6,959 bases of DNA from NCBI GenBank assembly GCA_964457525.1, contig CAYWGS010000077.1:1-6959 (forward strand), given 5' to 3'. This document shows, in pieces, positions 5,329 to 6,959 of this stretch; the first letter of the stretch is position 1, and the number at the start of each line of letters is the position of its first letter. Source of the DNA: an uncultured Erysipelotrichaceae bacterium (GTDB lineage Bacteria; Bacillota_I; Bacilli_A; Erysipelotrichales; Erysipelotrichaceae). The position numbers and the translations under genes were made by a program. Below the pieces are notes generated by a model. The model ran no database searches, had not been told where the DNA came from, and was given only the letters and a program-made list of their open reading frames with translations.

Positions 5329-6576
5329 ATGTGCTTTAGCTCCATTTGCTGGTTTACTAAAATTGGCTTGTTTAGGTCTTTGACCTTTGTGTGGTTTTGG
5401 CTTATCCTTCTTTGCTTGAACATACGCCTTCTCATCAATTCGAATATGGAATGGATGTTTAAATTCTACTGGAATGTCTTGTCCTGTTAGTTTTTGTATG
5501 TCCCTTAATAATCCAAATTCTTCAGGATCACAGAATGTATAAGCTATTCCACCTAAACCTGCTCTTCCTGTACGCCCAATACGATGTACATAGGTTTCAG
5601 GTACTTCTGGTAGATCATATACAATAACATGTGATAATTCATCAATATCTAATCCACGTGCCGCTATATCGGTTGCGACAAGGATTCTGATCTTACGATC
5701 TTTGAAGTTCTTTAATGCCAATTGACGATTGTTTTGAGACTTATTCCCATGAATGGCTTGTGCTTGGAAATTCGCCGCATTAAGTGACTTAACAATCTTA
5801 TCAGCTCCATGTTTTGTACGTGAGAAGATGAGGACTGAATCAATGACTTCATTTCTTAAGATATGAAATAAAAGATTAATCTTATTGTTCTTCTCTACAT
5901 AGAATACTGTTTGATTAATAATTTCTACTGTTGAAGAAACAGGTGTTACTTCAACTTTTACAGGATCAATTAAGATGGTATGCGCAAGGTTTGATATTTC
6001 CTTGGGCATGGTTGCGGAAAATAACATGGTTTGTCTTTGATGTGGAATGTAAGTAATAATCTTACGTACATCATGAATCATACCCATATCCAACATTTGA
6101 TCTGCTTCATCGAGTACAAAGTATTTAACTTTGTCGAGATGTACATGTTTCTGGTTGATTAAGTCCAGTAATCTTCCTGGTGTTGCGACCAAGATATCTA
6201 AACCTAATGCAAGTGCATCGGTTTGTGGTTTTTGTGATACCCCACCAAAAATAACTGCTGATTTTAAGTTTAAGTGTTTCCCATAGGTTTTAAAACTATC
6301 ATGGATTTGAATAGCCAGTTCACGTGTTGGTGCTAGTATCAATGCTTGGATTGATCTTTGACTTCGTTTAACTGTACTTTGGCCACTTAATCCTTGAATA
6401 ATGGGAACTGCAAAAGCAGCCGTTTTACCTGTTCCTGTTTGTGCTACACCTAAAATATCTTTTCCTTCTAATAAAACAGGAATAGCAGCTTCTTGAATAG
6501 GTGTTGCTTGTGTATATCCTTCTTCTTTTAGTGCTTTTTTTATAGGTTCAATAATAATATCCGATTCAAATAACAT
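5308..6576 (-). CDS. DEAD-box ATP-dependent RNA helicase (RhlE-like, short basic C-terminal tail)
   Basis: ATG at 6574-6576 (minus strand) preceded by SD AGGAG (plus-strand CTCCT 6582-6586). Full DEAD-box motif set: Q motif GYTQATPIQ, I AQTGTGKT, Ia PTRELA, Ib TPGRL, II DEAD, III SAT, V ARGLD, VI HRIGRTGRAG. Lys/Arg/Pro-rich tail KKDKPKPHKGQRPKQ...KAHKKKIKR. Confidence 0.95.
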   Translation of the reverse strand: MLFESDIIIEPIKKALKEEGYTQATPIQEAAIPVLLEGKDILGVAQTGTGKTAAFAVPIIQGLSGQSTVKRSQRSIQALILAPTRELAIQIHDSFKTYGKHLNLKSAVIFGGVSQKPQTDALALGLDILVATPGRLLDLINQKHVHLDKVKYFVLDEADQMLDMGMIHDVRKIITYIPHQRQTMLFSATMPKEISNLAHTILIDPVKVEVTPVSSTVEIINQTVFYVEKNNKINLLFHILRNEVIDSVLIFSRTKHGADKIVKSLNAANFQAQAIHGNKSQNNRQLALKNFKDRKIRILVATDIAARGLDIDELSHVIVYDLPEVPETYVHRIGRTGRAGLGGIAYTFCDPEEFGLLRDIQKLTGQDIPVEFKHPFHIRIDEKAYVQAKKDKPKPHKGQRPKQANFSKPANGAKAHKKKIKR

Positions 6577-6596
6577 TCTTTCTCCTTAAGTATTCA

Positions 6597-6626
6597 ATCA
6601 TACTTGCTAAGTATACGCTTTTTTAA
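6597..6626 (-). promoter_or_regulatory. Candidate promoter for the helicase gene (minus strand)
   Basis: On the minus strand: TTAAAA (plus 6621-6626), 18-nt spacer, TATGAT (plus 6597-6602). An alternative -10 is TATACT (plus 6610-6615). It lies between the upstream minus-strand terminator and the SD. Which hexamer is used cannot be decided from sequence. Confidence 0.25.
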
Positions 6627-6656
6627 CATAAAAGACTATTCATTTCACTTAATGCT

Positions 6657-6688
6657 TAGAAAAAGAGTATCAATGATTGATACTCTTA
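6657..6688 (-). terminator. Rho-independent terminator of the right-edge minus-strand gene
   Basis: Perfect 11-bp inverted repeat AAGAGTATCAA (6663-6673) / TTGATACTCTT (6677-6687) with loop TGA. On the minus strand the hairpin runs into TTTTTC (A-run 6660-6664 on the plus strand). The stop codon (plus-strand TTA 6686-6688) is inside the stem. No T-tract follows on the plus strand, so it is unidirectional. Confidence 0.65.
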
Positions 6689-6959
6689 AGGTTGATATTT
6701 ATCGGATAAATACTTCAAAATCTTTTGTTCATCTTCATTTGAAACAATTCCATCATAAACCATGACTTCACCAATGCTATAACCTACCGCAAAGTTCATC
6801 GTGAATGGTGTAACATACATGAGACTTGTATTGTTTATTGTGACTTGTTGATTTGAACCAAAACTATATACACCATTATTTACTGTTAAAGCATTACGAA
6901 TTGCTAGACGATTGGTATAAAGTTCAAGTTTAATGATTTCCCATTGATCCGTTCTATAA
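6686..6959 (-). CDS. 3' end of a gene running off the window (5'-truncated); C-terminus resembles a LamG/concanavalin-A-like jelly-roll (Laminin_G_3-type) domain
   Basis: My own reverse-strand translation gives 90 stop-free codons from 6958 down to TAA at 6686-6688: YRTDQWEIIKLELYTNRLAIRNALTVNNGVYSFGSNQQVTINNTSLMYVTPFTMNFAVGYSIGEVMVYDGIVSNEDEQKILKYLSDKYQP*. The ending G-E-V-x-V-Y-D-x-x-(V/L)-S-x-E-(D/E)...L matches the usual C-terminal signature of LamG-like domains (IDEVRIYNRALSxxEI). A terminator follows directly. The ORF is absent from the supplied track, presumably because its start lies outside the window. Confidence 0.6.
   Translation of the reverse strand, partial: YRTDQWEIIKLELYTNRLAIRNALTVNNGVYSFGSNQQVTINNTSLMYVTPFTMNFAVGYSIGEVMVYDGIVSNEDEQKILKYLSDKYQP

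Noticed and set aside
6601-6613. Small palindrome TACTTgctAAGTA in the helicase upstream region as a possible operator
   Set aside because: It has only 5-bp arms in an AT-rich spacer, which is expected by chance, and I recognise no match to a known operator.
6673-6765. 30-codon plus-strand ORF (MIDTLKVDIYRINTSK...)
   Set aside because: It starts inside the terminator hairpin loop, has no convincing SD, and is antisense to the better-supported minus-strand LamG-like ORF.
1-6959. Defence island, mobile element, CRISPR array, toxin-antitoxin pair or RNA genes
   Set aside because: There are no direct or terminal inverted repeats beyond the terminator hairpins, no integrase/transposase/nuclease-like ORFs, no repeat-spacer periodicity, and no tRNA/rRNA-like G+C-rich structured segments. 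All long ORFs are explained by signalling or housekeeping functions.

Overview
AT-rich bacterial chromosomal segment (about one-third G+C by eye). Its genes have Shine-Dalgarno leaders and hairpin/T-tract terminators, which fits a low-GC Bacillota-like genome. I can support five protein-coding genes. Three are consecutive + strand c-di-GMP turnover genes: (1) receiver + HD-GYP (RpfG-like); (2) TM, double-Cache, TM, HAMP, degenerate GGDEF (FGDEM), intact EAL; (3) 2-TM hairpin, degenerate GGDEF (NGDGF), intact EAL. A - strand DEAD-box RNA helicase (RhlE-like) converges on gene 3 and overlaps it by 11 bp. A 5'-truncated - strand ORF at the right edge (6686..6959) is missing from the supplied ORF track, and its C-terminus looks like a LamG/concanavalin-type jelly-roll domain. 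Each gene has its own hairpin terminator, and each hairpin includes the stop codon. I see no rRNA/tRNA, CRISPR array, IS/transposon ends, integrase, long repeats or recognisable defence-system genes, so I cannot support a new multi-gene system here. The observations most worth follow-up are: a degradation-only c-di-GMP gene triad whose accessory domains are all degenerate; an HD-GYP domain that seems to lack the first conserved metal-binding His; a perfect A7/T7-flanked palindrome acting as a bidirectional terminator inside two overlapping coding 3' ends; an unresolved start codon for the Cache-GGDEF-EAL gene; and the unlisted edge ORF. All domain calls come from motif reading by eye, not from searches.
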